Assembly (NCBI GenBank): GCA_963728565.1
Contig: CAVSLC010000001.1
Location: forward strand, 116,118 to 180,117
Reading direction: 5' to 3'
From: an uncultured delta proteobacterium
GTDB lineage: Bacteria > Desulfobacterota > Binatia > UBA9968
DNA: 64,000 nt
This document shows, in pieces, positions 20,323 to 31,714 of the stretch (position 1 is its first letter; every line of letters starts with the position of its first letter). Position numbers and translations under genes: made by a program. The notes below the pieces were generated by a model. The model was given only the letters and a program-made list of their open reading frames with translations, did no database searches and was not told the DNA's origin.

Positions 20323-22323
20323 ATGGTGGAAATGTTCAGCGCGCTGAGTTCCGGACTCCTTCAAGTTTTCAACTGGTCTACCTTCAGTTTGATGATGATC
20401 GGTATCGGCGTAGGCTTCGTCGTCGGTATTCTTCCCGGCTTGGGCGGGCCCACCGCTATGGCTTTGATGTTGCCGTTCGTTTTCAAAATGAACGCGGTAG
20501 AAGCGTTTGCCTTTCTTCTCGGTATGACGGCGGTTACGGCCACTACCGGAGATATCACCTCTGTGCTGTTTGGCGTCCCTGGCGAACCGACGACGGCTTC
20601 GACCATTGTCGACGGCCACACGATGGCGCGCAACGGTGAGGCCGGCCGGGCGCTGGGCGCAGTACTGATGAGTTCGTTGGTCGGCGCTATTTTCGCCGCG
20701 ATTGCTCTGGCCATCGCTATTCCGATCATTCGTCCTCTGGTTCTCTCGTTCGGTTCTCCTGAGTTTTTCATGCTGGCGATCCTCGGCATCTCGTTCGTCG
20801 CTTCTCTCAGCGGCGAAGATCAGCTTAAAGGGATCATCGCCGGCGGCATTGGTCTGCTGCTCGCCACCATTGGCCTGGATCCGATCTCCGGCATCCAACG
20901 TTATACATTCGGGCAGTTGTTTCTTTGGGACGGCATTGGTCTCGTGCCGATTACAATCGGATTCTACGCCATCCCTGAAACCATCGAGCTCGCGGTGTTG
21001 GGGACCAGTATAGCTAAGCAGGAAGTGGGCAAACTCGGCGGCGTCCTGGAAGGGGTGAAAGATACTTTCCGTCACTTTTGGCTGGTAATCCGCTGCAGCG
21101 CTCTGGGCTGCTTTATCGCGATCATCCCAGGCATGGGAGCCGCGACCACACAGTGGCTTGCCTACGCTCACGCGGTGCAGAGCTCGCCCAACAAAGAACG
21201 CTTCGGCAAGGGCGATGTTCGTGGTGTGTTGGGTCCGGGCGCGGCAAACAATTCGACCTTGGGCGGGAGCCTGATTACGACAATTGCTTTTGGTGTGCCC
21301 GCCAGCGTTGTCATGGCGATCCTGCTCGGGGCTTTCATCATTCAGGGAATTGTTCCCGGTCCAGACATGCTGATCCCCCCACCCAAAGGTAAACTGGATC
21401 TTACGTTTTCATTCGTTTGGGTGATCATACTTTCGAACATCATCACGGTTGCGATCTGTTTCCTGTTTTTAAAACCGCTCGCTAAGGTGACTCAAGTACG
21501 TGGCGGAATCATCATTCCGCTGATCTTAGTGCTGATCTACCTCGGCGCTTACGCGGAGAAGAACGCATTTGCAGACATGGTGGTGGTGCTTGTCTTCGGC
21601 GCGCTCGGGTGGGTTATGGAGAAGATGGAGTGGCCGCGCCCGCCAGTGCTGCTCGGCCTCGTCCTTGGTCCTTTAGCAGAGAATCGCCTCTTTCTCTCCA
21701 CCGACAACTACGGCTTGAGCTGGACGAGCCGGCCCGGCGTTATGATCATCTTTGCCGTCACCTTATTCGGGATACTTTATCCGGTTTTCAAGAGTAGGCG
21801 AGAACGGCGGCTGGCAAATGCCACTAGTTCAGTTCCGACGGAGACAGCGCGCCGTGGCGGCATCCATTTCGGCCCGGGCGCGATATTTACTCTTGTCATT
21901 GCCGCGACAATTGCCGTGGCGCTTTTGCAAAGCCGCAACTTCGGCTTTCGCGCCGGCCTGTTTCCATGGGTTATTGGCATCCCGACTCTGCTGTTGGCAT
22001 TGGTGCAGCTCGCGAAAGATGTGACCCGGCCGAAAGAAGCGCGGGCGAGTGAGCATGAGGCGATTTCGCCAGAAGCAGTCCGGCGCAGGACGGTCTCGAT
22101 AATCGGCTGGATACTGGGTTGTTTTTTGGCTATTTGGCTCCTGGGTTTTTCTTATGCGGTGCCGCTCTTCATCTTCATTTACTTGAAGCTCGAAGCTCGC
22201 GAGGGATGGCTAACGACAGTTGCCGTGACATTTTTTTCTTGGCTATTCTTTTACATGCTTTTCGAAAGAATGCTCAATGTGCCGTTCCCCGATCCACTGC
22301 TTCTTTCCTTTTTTCAGCAATAG
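20323..22323 (+). CDS. TctA permease with C-terminally fused TctB domain
   Basis: GILPGLGG, GVPGEP, GAANNS, FGVP, LGPLAE, then a 4-TM TctB-like tail ending LFERMLNVPFP. Confidence 0.9.
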   Translation: MVEMFSALSSGLLQVFNWSTFSLMMIGIGVGFVVGILPGLGGPTAMALMLPFVFKMNAVEAFAFLLGMTAVTATTGDITSVLFGVPGEPTTASTIVDGHTMARNGEAGRALGAVLMSSLVGAIFAAIALAIAIPIIRPLVLSFGSPEFFMLAILGISFVASLSGEDQLKGIIAGGIGLLLATIGLDPISGIQRYTFGQLFLWDGIGLVPITIGFYAIPETIELAVLGTSIAKQEVGKLGGVLEGVKDTFRHFWLVIRCSALGCFIAIIPGMGAATTQWLAYAHAVQSSPNKERFGKGDVRGVLGPGAANNSTLGGSLITTIAFGVPASVVMAILLGAFIIQGIVPGPDMLIPPPKGKLDLTFSFVWVIILSNIITVAICFLFLKPLAKVTQVRGGIIIPLILVLIYLGAYAEKNAFADMVVVLVFGALGWVMEKMEWPRPPVLLGLVLGPLAENRLFLSTDNYGLSWTSRPGVMIIFAVTLFGILYPVFKSRRERRLANATSSVPTETARRGGIHFGPGAIFTLVIAATIAVALLQSRNFGFRAGLFPWVIGIPTLLLALVQLAKDVTRPKEARASEHEAISPEAVRRRTVSIIGWILGCFLAIWLLGFSYAVPLFIFIYLKLEAREGWLTTVAVTFFSWLFFYMLFERMLNVPFPDPLLLSFFQQ

Positions 22324-22368
22324 CAAATCTGCCGGAGTATGTACGGAGATGCTCCGGCAGATTTGCTA
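22321..22368. repeat. Perfect 17-bp inverted repeat at a convergent junction (terminator or REP/MITE-like)
   Basis: TAGCAAATCTGCCGGAG-14 nt-CTCCGGCAGATTTGCTA; begins at the tctA stop codon. Confidence 0.8.
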
Positions 22369-22419
22369 CAGCCTGAACTGCTACTGATGGTTACGAATAA
22401 ACCGGATTGGGAAGATCCG

Positions 22420-24712
22420 TTACGGTGCCATGTGGAGCGCGCGCCAGACTCTCTCCGATGTCAGCGGCAAATCATAGAATCGCACTCCAGTGGCGACACG
22501 AACGGCGTTGCCGATGGCGGCAGCCACCGGCAGTAAGCCGCCCTCACCGGTCCCTTTTGCTCCGAAAGGTCCGGGACCATTATGATTCTCGACCAGAACG
22601 GTTTCAAAATCCTTTGGCAGATGAGCGAAGCTGGGGACCCGGTAATCGACAAGGTTGGGATTCAAAAGCTGGCCGTCTTTGTAAATCATCTCTTCGAGCA
22701 AGGTGTGACCAATCGCGTTCATCACGCCGCCCTCGTCCTGTCCCTCGCATAGCACTGGGTGGATTGCCTGACCGACATCGGCTAAAGAGACATACTTGAG
22801 GAGCTTGACTTCGCCGGTATCGGGATCGACTTCCACTTCAGCCGCGCCCCAGCTGATCTCCCAGAACGTCGTCGGTGAACCTAGAGCCGCCTTTTTGGTC
22901 TTAATGTCTTGATAAGCGCCATGTCCGACGATCTCTCCCGCCTTCGACAGAAATACTTTTTGCATCAACTCGGGAAAGGATACGCTTGCGCCGTCGCCAG
23001 CGTGAATTCTTCGGTCTTTGAGAATTAGCTGATCCGGTTTGACCTTCAACAGTTTCCCCGCATGACGGAACAATTGCCGTTTCAGGTCCTGCGCAGCTCT
23101 TTGCGCCGACAATCCCATGACCACAGTCGAGCTGCTGGCGTTGGTATTGACGTCATAGGGAGTCACGTCGGTGTCCAGTTGCGCCACCGTCACACCATCG
23201 AAAGGAACGCTCAATTCTTCGGCAACAATCTGGCTCAACGCGGTGCGCGCGCCTTGGCCAATCTCGACGGTGCCGGTGAGCAAAACCACGCTTCCGTCTG
23301 AGTTCATCTTCACTGCCGCCGAAGAGACCTTGTAGGTTCCGCCGCCGTCTTTCATGCAGCAGGCAAGACCTTTACCCCGATTCCTATGTCCGCCGTTGTC
23401 GCCCCAGCCGATCGCTTTGGCAGCGCGTTGTAGACCTTCGGCCAAATCGCAATCGACCGGTGTGTCGCCCGGCGTATAAAGCTCGCCTTTCTTCAATAGG
23501 TTCTTCAGACGAAACTCCAACGGATCCAAAGCCAGATTTTCGGCGATGATATCCATTTGTGACTCGTAGGCCCAGGTCACTTGGAGCGTGCCGAAACCGC
23601 GATACGCCCCCGCAGGCACCGTATTGGTATACACGGTGTAAGCGTCAGTCTTGGTGTGCGGAATGCGATAGGGACCGAAGGAGCGGTAGCCGGCCTTTTG
23701 CGTTACCCGAGGCCCGGCATCGGCATAAGCGCCGGTCTCCATATGGATCACGCACTCGCGCGCCAGTAAAAGTCCATCCTTGCTGACGCCGGTCTTAATC
23801 CGCACCCGCGCCGGATGTCGGGTCACGGTCTTAAAACTTTCCTCGATCGTGTGAACCAAGCGCACCGGACGTCTGGCTTTGGACGACAAGGCAACCGCCA
23901 GGGGCTCTGTTTTCACCGCCAGTTTTCCACCATACCCGCCGCCCACATAGGGGACGATGATCCGAATCTTATTAAGCGGCACTTTGAATATATCGGCCAA
24001 GTGCTCGCGCAATGTAAACGGCTCCTGCGTTCCCGCCCACATGGTGATCCGCTCAGCCTCAACGTGAGCCACGGTGGCATGAGGCTCCATCGAGAAATGC
24101 TGGACGCGGGGAAAGGTAAACGTATTTTCAAATACGTGATCGGATTTCCTAAACCCTTCGGCAACCTCCCCCTTGGCGTAACTGAAGCGGTAGCAAAGGT
24201 TGCTGCCGGCAAATTCTTTCGGCGTTTCATAGCGCTGTCCCATCAACTCACCGCCCATCGAAGCCGAATCGTGAACCAACACCGCGCCCGGCGCCAATGC
24301 TTCTTCCAGTGAAGACACTGCCGGCAATTCCTGGTATTCGACATCGATCAGCGCCAACGCTTCTTCGGCCGTGGCTTCATCGACTGCCGCGACCGCGGCG
24401 ACCGGATCGCCGACGTAGCGAACCTTATCTACAGCAACAATGGTCTGATCCTTGTACGCGGCACCGAACATGCCAAGTTCGCGCTGATCGTCCTTAGTGA
24501 TGACAGCGTAAACGCCGGGAAGGCGCTCGGCCTTACGTGGAATCTACCCGCAGGATGCGCGCGTGCGGGTAGGGGCTGCGCAATACCTTAGCATGCGCCA
24601 TCCCAGGCAAATCGACATCGACGGTGTAAACAGCCTTGCCGGTAACTTTCTCTGCGCCGTCAGATCTAGGCTCTGCCCGACCGATAACTCTGTAGGCTTG
24701 CGAATCGTTCAT
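22420..24712 (-). CDS. Xanthine dehydrogenase family molybdopterin-binding subunit, +1 frameshift near 24540
   Basis: KVTGKAVY, LRSPYPHARI, GGGYGGK, AYRGFG, EIGQG, GPFGAKGTGE. Confidence 0.92.
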
Positions 24713-24719
24713 TGAAACC

Positions 24720-26030
24720 TCAGCTGCGGTATTTTTGTTTGACCCATTCAATTGCCTCCTGGCGGCTGGTCAATTCACCGCCGAGCTGTGCATCTTCTAC
24801 CTGCCGCAAGATTTCGGCGAAGATTGGTCCCGGAATGTATCCCATTTCGATCAGATCCGCGCCGCGCAACAGCGGCTCAGGGCGGATCTCTTCCTCTTGC
24901 ATCTGTGAACGCCGCTCTTGGCAGAAATGATAATATTGCAAATCTCCGCTGGACGACAAGGCATCGATGCGCGCCAATGCTAACAGCTCATCGATGCCTT
25001 CCTCGCGCAAAAAACGCTTAAGCGTGCTCAGTCGCATCTTAGGCGCCTGCGTATGACGCAGGTGATTTTTGACCAAGTACGCGACCCGCTCCCAGACAGC
25101 TCGTCCGCGCTTGAGCCGTTTCAGTATCGCTTCGGCCATTTCCGCGCCACGATCGGTGTGGCCGTAGAAAGTGATACGATCGGCTTCCTTGCGAAAGCAA
25201 ACCGGCTTTCCGACATCGTGCAGAAGACAACCGTATGCCAGGGTTTCCGTCGGCTTTTCGAGATGGCTCAAAGTCAAAAGCGTGTGCTTGAAGACATCGC
25301 CCTCCGGATGGTGTTCCGGGCTCTGCTCAACGCCCTTCATCTGTTCGATCTCCGGCAGCAGGATCCGCAACAAACCTGTTTCGTCCATCAGCTCGAATCC
25401 CCTTCGCGCACCGCCTTCAGTGAGGATCCGAGTGATCTCCTCGCCGATTCGTTCGGACGAAATCTGTGTGATCATTGCCGCCGACTGCTTGATGGCATCC
25501 AAGGTTAAGTTGTCGATATCGAAGTTCAAGCTGGCGGCAAAGCGGATCGCCCGCACCATTCGCAATCGGTCTTCTTCGAAACGTTGCCGCGGATCGCCGA
25601 TGGCGCGGATGCAGCGCCTTGCAAGATCTCTCTTGCCTTCGACCAAGTCGATAACCCGATCCTCGACTGGGTCGTATACCATTCCATTGATGGTGAAATC
25701 ACGCCGGAAGATATCTTCTTGCAGAGTTCCGTAGCGTACCTGGCTCGGTCGGCGGCCGTCCAGATAGGGACCATCAAATCGGAAGGACGCGACTTCAAAA
25801 GATTGACCGTCCAACATCACTAAAACAACCCCAAATTGAGCGCCCACCGGAATAGTTCGAGGGAAAATCCGTTGAACGTCCTCCGGCCTGGCGCTGGTTG
25901 CGATGTCGTAATCTTGCGGGGTCTTGTTGAGCAAAAAATCGCGGACGCATCCGCCCGCTAGATAACTCTCGTAGCCTTCCTCACGGAGCCGCTTAACAAT
26001 AGCAACAGCTTGATGATCCGGTGACATCAT
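24720..26030 (-). CDS. cca: CCA-adding/poly(A) polymerase family tRNA nucleotidyltransferase with HD domain
   Basis: AGGCVRD, DYDIAT, RRDFTIN, EDRLRMVRAIRF, HHPEGDV, LLHDVGK. Confidence 0.92.
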   Translation of the reverse strand: MMSPDHQAVAIVKRLREEGYESYLAGGCVRDFLLNKTPQDYDIATSARPEDVQRIFPRTIPVGAQFGVVLVMLDGQSFEVASFRFDGPYLDGRRPSQVRYGTLQEDIFRRDFTINGMVYDPVEDRVIDLVEGKRDLARRCIRAIGDPRQRFEEDRLRMVRAIRFAASLNFDIDNLTLDAIKQSAAMITQISSERIGEEITRILTEGGARRGFELMDETGLLRILLPEIEQMKGVEQSPEHHPEGDVFKHTLLTLSHLEKPTETLAYGCLLHDVGKPVCFRKEADRITFYGHTDRGAEMAEAILKRLKRGRAVWERVAYLVKNHLRHTQAPKMRLSTLKRFLREEGIDELLALARIDALSSSGDLQYYHFCQERRSQMQEEEIRPEPLLRGADLIEMGYIPGPIFAEILRQVEDAQLGGELTSRQEAIEWVKQKYRS

Positions 26031-26089
26031 CCGGCCTCTCCAGTTCCAACAGACAATTCAATGAAACCAGAAGTGGGGGCAAAAAACGA

Positions 26090-26476
26090 CTAGGAAGGAA
26101 GCGCGTCCCTGCTCTGAGGAAGCAACTCTCGAATCTTGCTCTGGAGCTCAAGAAAGGTGAAAGGCTTGACGATGTAACTGTTGCAGCCCGCTTCCATGCA
26201 GGTCTTGAGATCGGAATCGCGAAACATCGCTGTCGCAGCCAGGATCGGGATGTCCTTGGTTTCGGGGGCGGCGCGCACGGCTCGAGCCGCTTCCCACCCG
26301 TCCATTCCAGGCATCATGATATCCATCAAAATCAACTCAGGCTTTTCCGCAATAGCCTTTTCTATACCCTCTTTGCCGTGCTTCGCTAGAATTGGCGTAA
26401 ATCCCATCAATTCGATTTGCCAGCTGAGCAGCTCACGCATATCCGCGTGGTCTTCGATGATTAAAACTTTCTGCAT
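26090..26476 (-). CDS. Single-domain response regulator (DivK-like)
   Basis: VLIIEDH, ILMDIMMPGMDG, YIVKPF. Confidence 0.9.
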   Translation of the reverse strand: MQKVLIIEDHADMRELLSWQIELMGFTPILAKHGKEGIEKAIAEKPELILMDIMMPGMDGWEAARAVRAAPETKDIPILAATAMFRDSDLKTCMEAGCNSYIVKPFTFLELQSKIRELLPQSRDALPS

Positions 26477-26599
26477 GGACAAGCCGCTTTCCAGGCTGGG
26501 ACAGTGATGATCGAGTTCAGTTAGTCCGGCAGCTACACCGCACAAATATGCCGTGCCAGCTAACCGCCGTCAAGCATTGTGATTCGATCGCACAAAGAT

Positions 26600-27919
26600 T
26601 TATTTCTCAGCGATGATTTTCTGGTTTCCGACAATGACGGTAATCATTTTTTCAGGCTCCAGGTATTTCTGTGCGACCCGGTGGACATCGTCAATGGTAA
26701 TCTTACGGATCAGATCCGGATAACGCTCGGTATAATCCAGGCCTAGCTCCAAGTATTCCACCTGAGCCAAGAAGTTGGCTACCTTGCCCATGGTATCGAA
26801 GCGCAGCGGAAAGCTGCCAGTCAGATAATCCTTGGCATCATTAAGTTCGGCCTCGGTAACCGGAGCCTGCCGGATGCGGCGGATTTCCTCTTTTGCGATA
26901 GCGATTGCCTGCAAAGCGGTGTCATTTTTTGTCTGCATCACGAACTGGAAAATACCGCGCCCTTTTTCCGCGCTAAAATAGCTGTAAACCGAATACGCCA
27001 GGCCACGCTGATTGCGGATGGAATCCATTGCCCGCGACGAGAATCCGCCGCCGCCAAGAATGTAGTTCATCACTTGCAGCGCGTAATAGTCGGGGTTTTC
27101 CCGGCCGACACCGCGTTGACCCAGAATTAGATTGGCTTGAGTGAGATCCTTATGGACTCGGATCGTGCCGATTTCCGGCGCCGCCGGTAATGCCAATGGC
27201 TTGGGCGGCGGCTCACCTTTGTTCCAAGAGCGAAAGGCGTGATTGAGCGCCTCCGTCATTTCTTCGTGCGAGATATCGCCGACAATTGCCATGATCGAGC
27301 GATTCGGACGGTAATGGCGTTGATAGAACTCTCGTAAGCTTGCCTGCGGTATTGCCCGGACCGATGTCTCGGTCCCCTCCACCGGCCGGCCATACCGCGT
27401 TTGCGGAAATGCCGCCGCCGCAAATCGCATATCGGCAATTTCACCCGGCTGCTCCTGCTTGGCTCGAATCGATGCGATGACCGCTTGCTTTTGCCGCTCA
27501 ATTTCTTCCGGCGGGAACACCGCGTTCATCAACACTTCCGCCAGCAGTTCCAAACCCGCCGGAAGGTCCTTTTTGAGAACCGTCAAACTAACACTCGCGA
27601 GATCTTCGCCGCTGCGCGCCGATAAGCTGGCGCCAAGAAAATCCAAGCTTTCACTGATTTGCAAAGCAGTGCGCCGCTTGGTGCCCTCGGTGATCAATTC
27701 GGCGGTCAAATTGGCAAGGCCATCCTGCTTAGGCGCGTCATAACGCGCGCCTGCGTGGATCAACATCTCTATCGATACCATCGGCAGAGTTCTCTGCTCC
27801 GAGGTCAGCAAGACGATGCCATTGTTCAACACCGACCGGCGCGGCGTCATCGCCGTTTGTCCGAGGCGCGGCGAAACAAGCAGCCCTACAAACAGCAGCA
27901 GAGAAAAAAACTTCTTCAT
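26600..27919 (-). CDS. M16B peptidase, non-catalytic subunit
   Basis: HxxEH replaced (GLANLTAEL); GGGGFSSR, RGLAYSV. Confidence 0.9.
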   Translation of the reverse strand: MKKFFSLLLFVGLLVSPRLGQTAMTPRRSVLNNGIVLLTSEQRTLPMVSIEMLIHAGARYDAPKQDGLANLTAELITEGTKRRTALQISESLDFLGASLSARSGEDLASVSLTVLKKDLPAGLELLAEVLMNAVFPPEEIERQKQAVIASIRAKQEQPGEIADMRFAAAAFPQTRYGRPVEGTETSVRAIPQASLREFYQRHYRPNRSIMAIVGDISHEEMTEALNHAFRSWNKGEPPPKPLALPAAPEIGTIRVHKDLTQANLILGQRGVGRENPDYYALQVMNYILGGGGFSSRAMDSIRNQRGLAYSVYSYFSAEKGRGIFQFVMQTKNDTALQAIAIAKEEIRRIRQAPVTEAELNDAKDYLTGSFPLRFDTMGKVANFLAQVEYLELGLDYTERYPDLIRKITIDDVHRVAQKYLEPEKMITVIVGNQKIIAEK

Positions 27920-29239
27920 GGGGTCTTGGCTTTGACGGGCATCAGCGTACCGACGGTGCGGCGCTCGCGATCGAGATACTGCTTGGCGACTCTACGAATG
28001 TCTTCCCGGGTCACTTTTCGAATACCTTCGAGATAGCGCTCCATCAGCCGCCAATCGCCCGCGATCTCATAGAATCCGATTTTCATGGCCTGGCCGAAAA
28101 TCGAGTCACGACTGAAAATGAATGCCGCTTCGACCTGATTCTTGGCCTTCTGTAGCTCCCGCTCGCTGACCAACTCCGCTTTGACCTTCTCAATCAGGCC
28201 ATCGATCTCCCGCTCGACCGGTGCGGGATCCTTACCCGGCAACAGTTGCGCGGTCACGGAGAAGACCGTCGGATCGATGGAAGCTCCACTGTAATCGGCA
28301 TCGACCCCCCGCGCCAACTGCTTCCGGTAAACCAGGTCCTGATGCAGCCGAGAGCTGCGCCCGCCGGCAAGGACTACGCTGAGCAGGTCCAGAGCGAAAC
28401 TATCCTGGCTGGTTAAATTAGGAGCATGATAATACGCGCTGACAATCGGCAGTTCCGCTTCTTTTTTCAAGATGGCTCTACGTTCGCCTAGTTGCGGTGG
28501 CTCTTTGGCGTGAACCTTAGGAGGTTCAGCACCGCGCGGGATTTTACCATAAGCAGCTTTAATCTTGGGCAAAATCTCTGCAGTGGAAAAATCGCCGGTG
28601 ACAACTATGAAGGCGTTGTTAGGCGAGTAGTAAAGCTTGTAGAAATCGACCAGATCCTGCCGTGTAAGGTTTTCGATATCGTGCATCCAACCGATCACCG
28701 GACGCCGGTAGGGATGAACCATGTATGTGACGGCGCCGGTCAGCTCACCCAGCGCGGCAGCCGGATTGTCGTCGACTCTCAGGCGTCGCTCTTCTTGGAT
28801 AACTTTTTTTTCCGCTTCGAAATACTCCTCACCCAAAAGCGCATTTACCATCCGATCCGCTTCAAGCTCGAGCTGAATATGGATTTTGTCTCGGCTCATG
28901 GTGGCGAAGTAAACTGTCACATCGGCAGTTGTAAATGCATTTGCTTGGCCGCCGTTTTTGGCGATGATCTGGGAATACTGCTCCGGCCCTGTCGTTGGGG
29001 TACCCTTGAACAACATGTGCTCGAGAAAATGCGCTAAACCGCTCTTGCCGTCTTGTTCATTGCGCGAACCAACCCGGTACCAAACCTGAAAGGTTACCGC
29101 CGGACTCTTGTGATCCTCGAGAAGAAGAACCTTGAGACCATTTTCGAGCGAGAACTCTTGAACATCGGCGAAAGAGTCTTGTGCGGACGCGGCGAGCAGG
29201 AAGAGAAGAAGAAATCAAGCCAGAGAACCAGCGCCGCAT
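27916..29239 (-). CDS. M16B zinc peptidase, catalytic subunit; +1 frameshift in the signal peptide near 29213
   Basis: Hand translation: LENGLKV, WYRVGSRNE, GLAHFLEHMLFKGT, NAFT, EERR, HPY. Confidence 0.92.
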
Positions 29240-29504
29240 GCTTGTTACCGTAAAGGAAGTCAGCTTTAACTTCAAGGAATCTGCTGAAGCACATGGCGAA
29301 ATGTGTGCCGTCGTTGGTGCAAGGGTACGTGCGCGGTGGCGATGAAAGTCAAAAGGCGGAAAGATGATTCTGATCGATCGAAATGACCGATGCAGGATTC
29401 TTCTCGCAATAACTTCTCTGGAGTCCCGGCTAAACTCGAATTTTGGCGTTCATTTGACTAGCTCTGATCACCACAATAGTATGACCGCAGATGAGGAGGA
29501 CACC

Positions 29505-30937
29505 ATGACCGATGTGACCGACATGCGAGGATACGTGGAGTTGCTGGAGGAGATGGGCGAACTGCGAAGACTCGAGGGCGTAGATCTTGACCTGGAAGTG
29601 GGCGCGCTCACCGAGCGGGCGGCGGAGAAAGAAGGGGCGGCGCTGCTGTTTGACAATTTCAAAGAATTCCCAGCGGGCTTTCGCGTCATTTCCAATGTTT
29701 TCCGCACGTGCAGGCGCACCGGCCCGGCGATGGGCATTGATCCCGAGCTCAAGGGCGTCGATTATCTGAACGCATGGCGGAAGAAATTGGCTGCTTACAA
29801 ACCGGTGCCGGTCCAGCAAGTCGAAGGCGGTCCGGTGTTTGAAAACCAAATGGTCGATGATCAGGTCGATCTGTATAAATTTCCCGTACCCAAATGGCAC
29901 GATCTCGATGGCGGACCTTACATCGGGACCGGCTGCGGGGTGATCACCAAAGACCCGGAAACCGGCAAGATCAATATCGGCACCTACCGGGTGATGGTCC
30001 AGAATAAGAATACCCTTTCGGTGAAGATGAACATGGGCAAGCATGGCAGGCTGGCTTTGAACGGGCCCGCGATGCCGGCAAGCCGTTACCGATCGCCATC
30101 ACATTCTGCCAGGGACCGGCGATTTTCCTCGCAGCTCAGATGCCGCTGCCGCCCGACGTCAATGAATTTGAATTTGCCGGTTATCTTCAGGGCTCACCGG
30201 TGCCGGTGGCACGCGGCGCGGCAACCGGGCTGCCGATTCCGGCCAACGCGGAAATTGTCGTCGAAGGCGAACTCCCGCCGATGAAGGACCAAGACATGCC
30301 CAAGGAAGGGCCCTTCGGCGAGTGGCCGGGTTATTTTACCGAAGAGAATGTCGGCGAAACGCCGATCATGAACGTTAAACGGATCTATTATCGAAACGAT
30401 CCTATCATTCTCGGCGCGCCGCCGCTCAAGCCGCCGGCAAGCTATTTGCCCATCCCGTTGGGCGCGGCGACGCTTTGGGAGCAACTAGAGAAAGCGGGAA
30501 TTCCGGAGGTCAAAGGCGTTTGGGGTTTCGTCTATGGCGGCCAGCCTGGCCCCTTTACCGTCATATCCATCAAGCAGCGTTATGCCGGCCACTCCAAACA
30601 GGCGTTGTTGGTTGCCGCCGGCGCGCGCGCCGGAGCCTACGGCGGAAAATTCGTCGTGGTGGTGGATGATGACATCGATATCGCCAATCCCGCCGACGTG
30701 ATTTGGGCGATTGCTACTCGTTGTCACGTTCGCGAGGGCCTCGATGTCGTCAAAGGCGTTTGGGCGTCCGTGTGTGAGCCGGCATTGCCGCCCGAGGAAA
30801 GATCACCCCGGGGCTACACCTCCGACCGGGTGCTGATCGATGCTTGCCGGCCATTTAAATGGATGGATCAATTTCCGCCGGTCAACGCATTTACCAGTGA
30901 ATTCAAAGATCGCATCGAAAGTAAATTTAGAATTTAG
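29505..30937 (+). CDS. UbiD family prFMN-dependent (de)carboxylase, -1 frameshift near 30057
   Basis: GAGGAGG RBS; WHDLDGGPYI, NIGTYR, AEIVVEG, EGPFGEWPGY, VDDDID, WAIATR, IDAC. Confidence 0.92.
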
Positions 30938-31021
30938 CAATTCAGCAGGCCAGAAATCTGTTTTTGCGACGATCTTAGATCGAGTCGATCAACCGTCTCG
31001 TCAAGATGATAGGAATGCATT

Positions 31022-31647
31022 ATGGGCAGTATCGAAGCGTTGAGCCTGGCAATGGGAACAGCTTGGACTCCGGCATCAACCTCTATGCGACTGTGGCGGC
31101 TTTGGGCCTGGCGGGCCGCTTCGAAATGATCCAATTGCCACAGAGCCTGGAGGTGCTTACCAATCCCATCGTCATCGCAGTGGCGTGCATCATGTATGCG
31201 ATCGAATTTTTTGCTGACAAAATCCCTTATGTCGACAATGGTTGGGACGTGTTGCACACGTTCATTCGAGTACCCGCCGGCGCCATCCTAGCAGCGCGTT
31301 CGCTGGGTGACATGAGCCCGGGCTTGGAATTCGCCGCCCTGCTTGCTGGCGGCAGCATTGCGTTGGCAGCGCATGGCACCAAGGCAACCAGCCGTTTAGC
31401 AATCAACTCCAGCCCCGAACCATTTAGCAACTGGATCGCCAGCCTTGTTGAGGATATCGCGGTTTTGGGCGGCATTTGGATTATCTTCAATCATCCATGG
31501 CTGATGCTTGCGTTAGTTTTTGTTTTTCTGGCGCTGATGGTTTGGGTTGTGCCAAAAATATTTCGCTTGGCTAAGCGTGGGTTTACCATGCTGCGCGCCC
31601 GACTCGGCGGTATCAAACCGGGGCAAGCAAGCACGAGCACCCCCTGA
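31022..31647 (+). CDS. DUF4126 membrane protein, -1 frameshift near 31068
   Basis: Corrected N-terminus MGSIEALSLAMGTAWTSGINLYA; EFFADKIPYVD, HTFIRVPAGA, SPEPFSN..SLVED. Confidence 0.88.
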
Positions 31648-31714
31648 GGCGCTTTCAAACGCGCTCATAATTCATCGCCAACTGAAGCCGACGAGCACAT
31701 GTAAATTCGAGGAT

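Noticed and set aside
22420-24712. CO dehydrogenase CoxL
   Set aside because: Active-site loop is AYRGFG, not AYxCSFR (form I) or AYRGAGR (form II).
26545-26559. Sigma54 promoter (TGGCACGG) upstream of the response regulator
   Set aside because: No GC at the -12 position.
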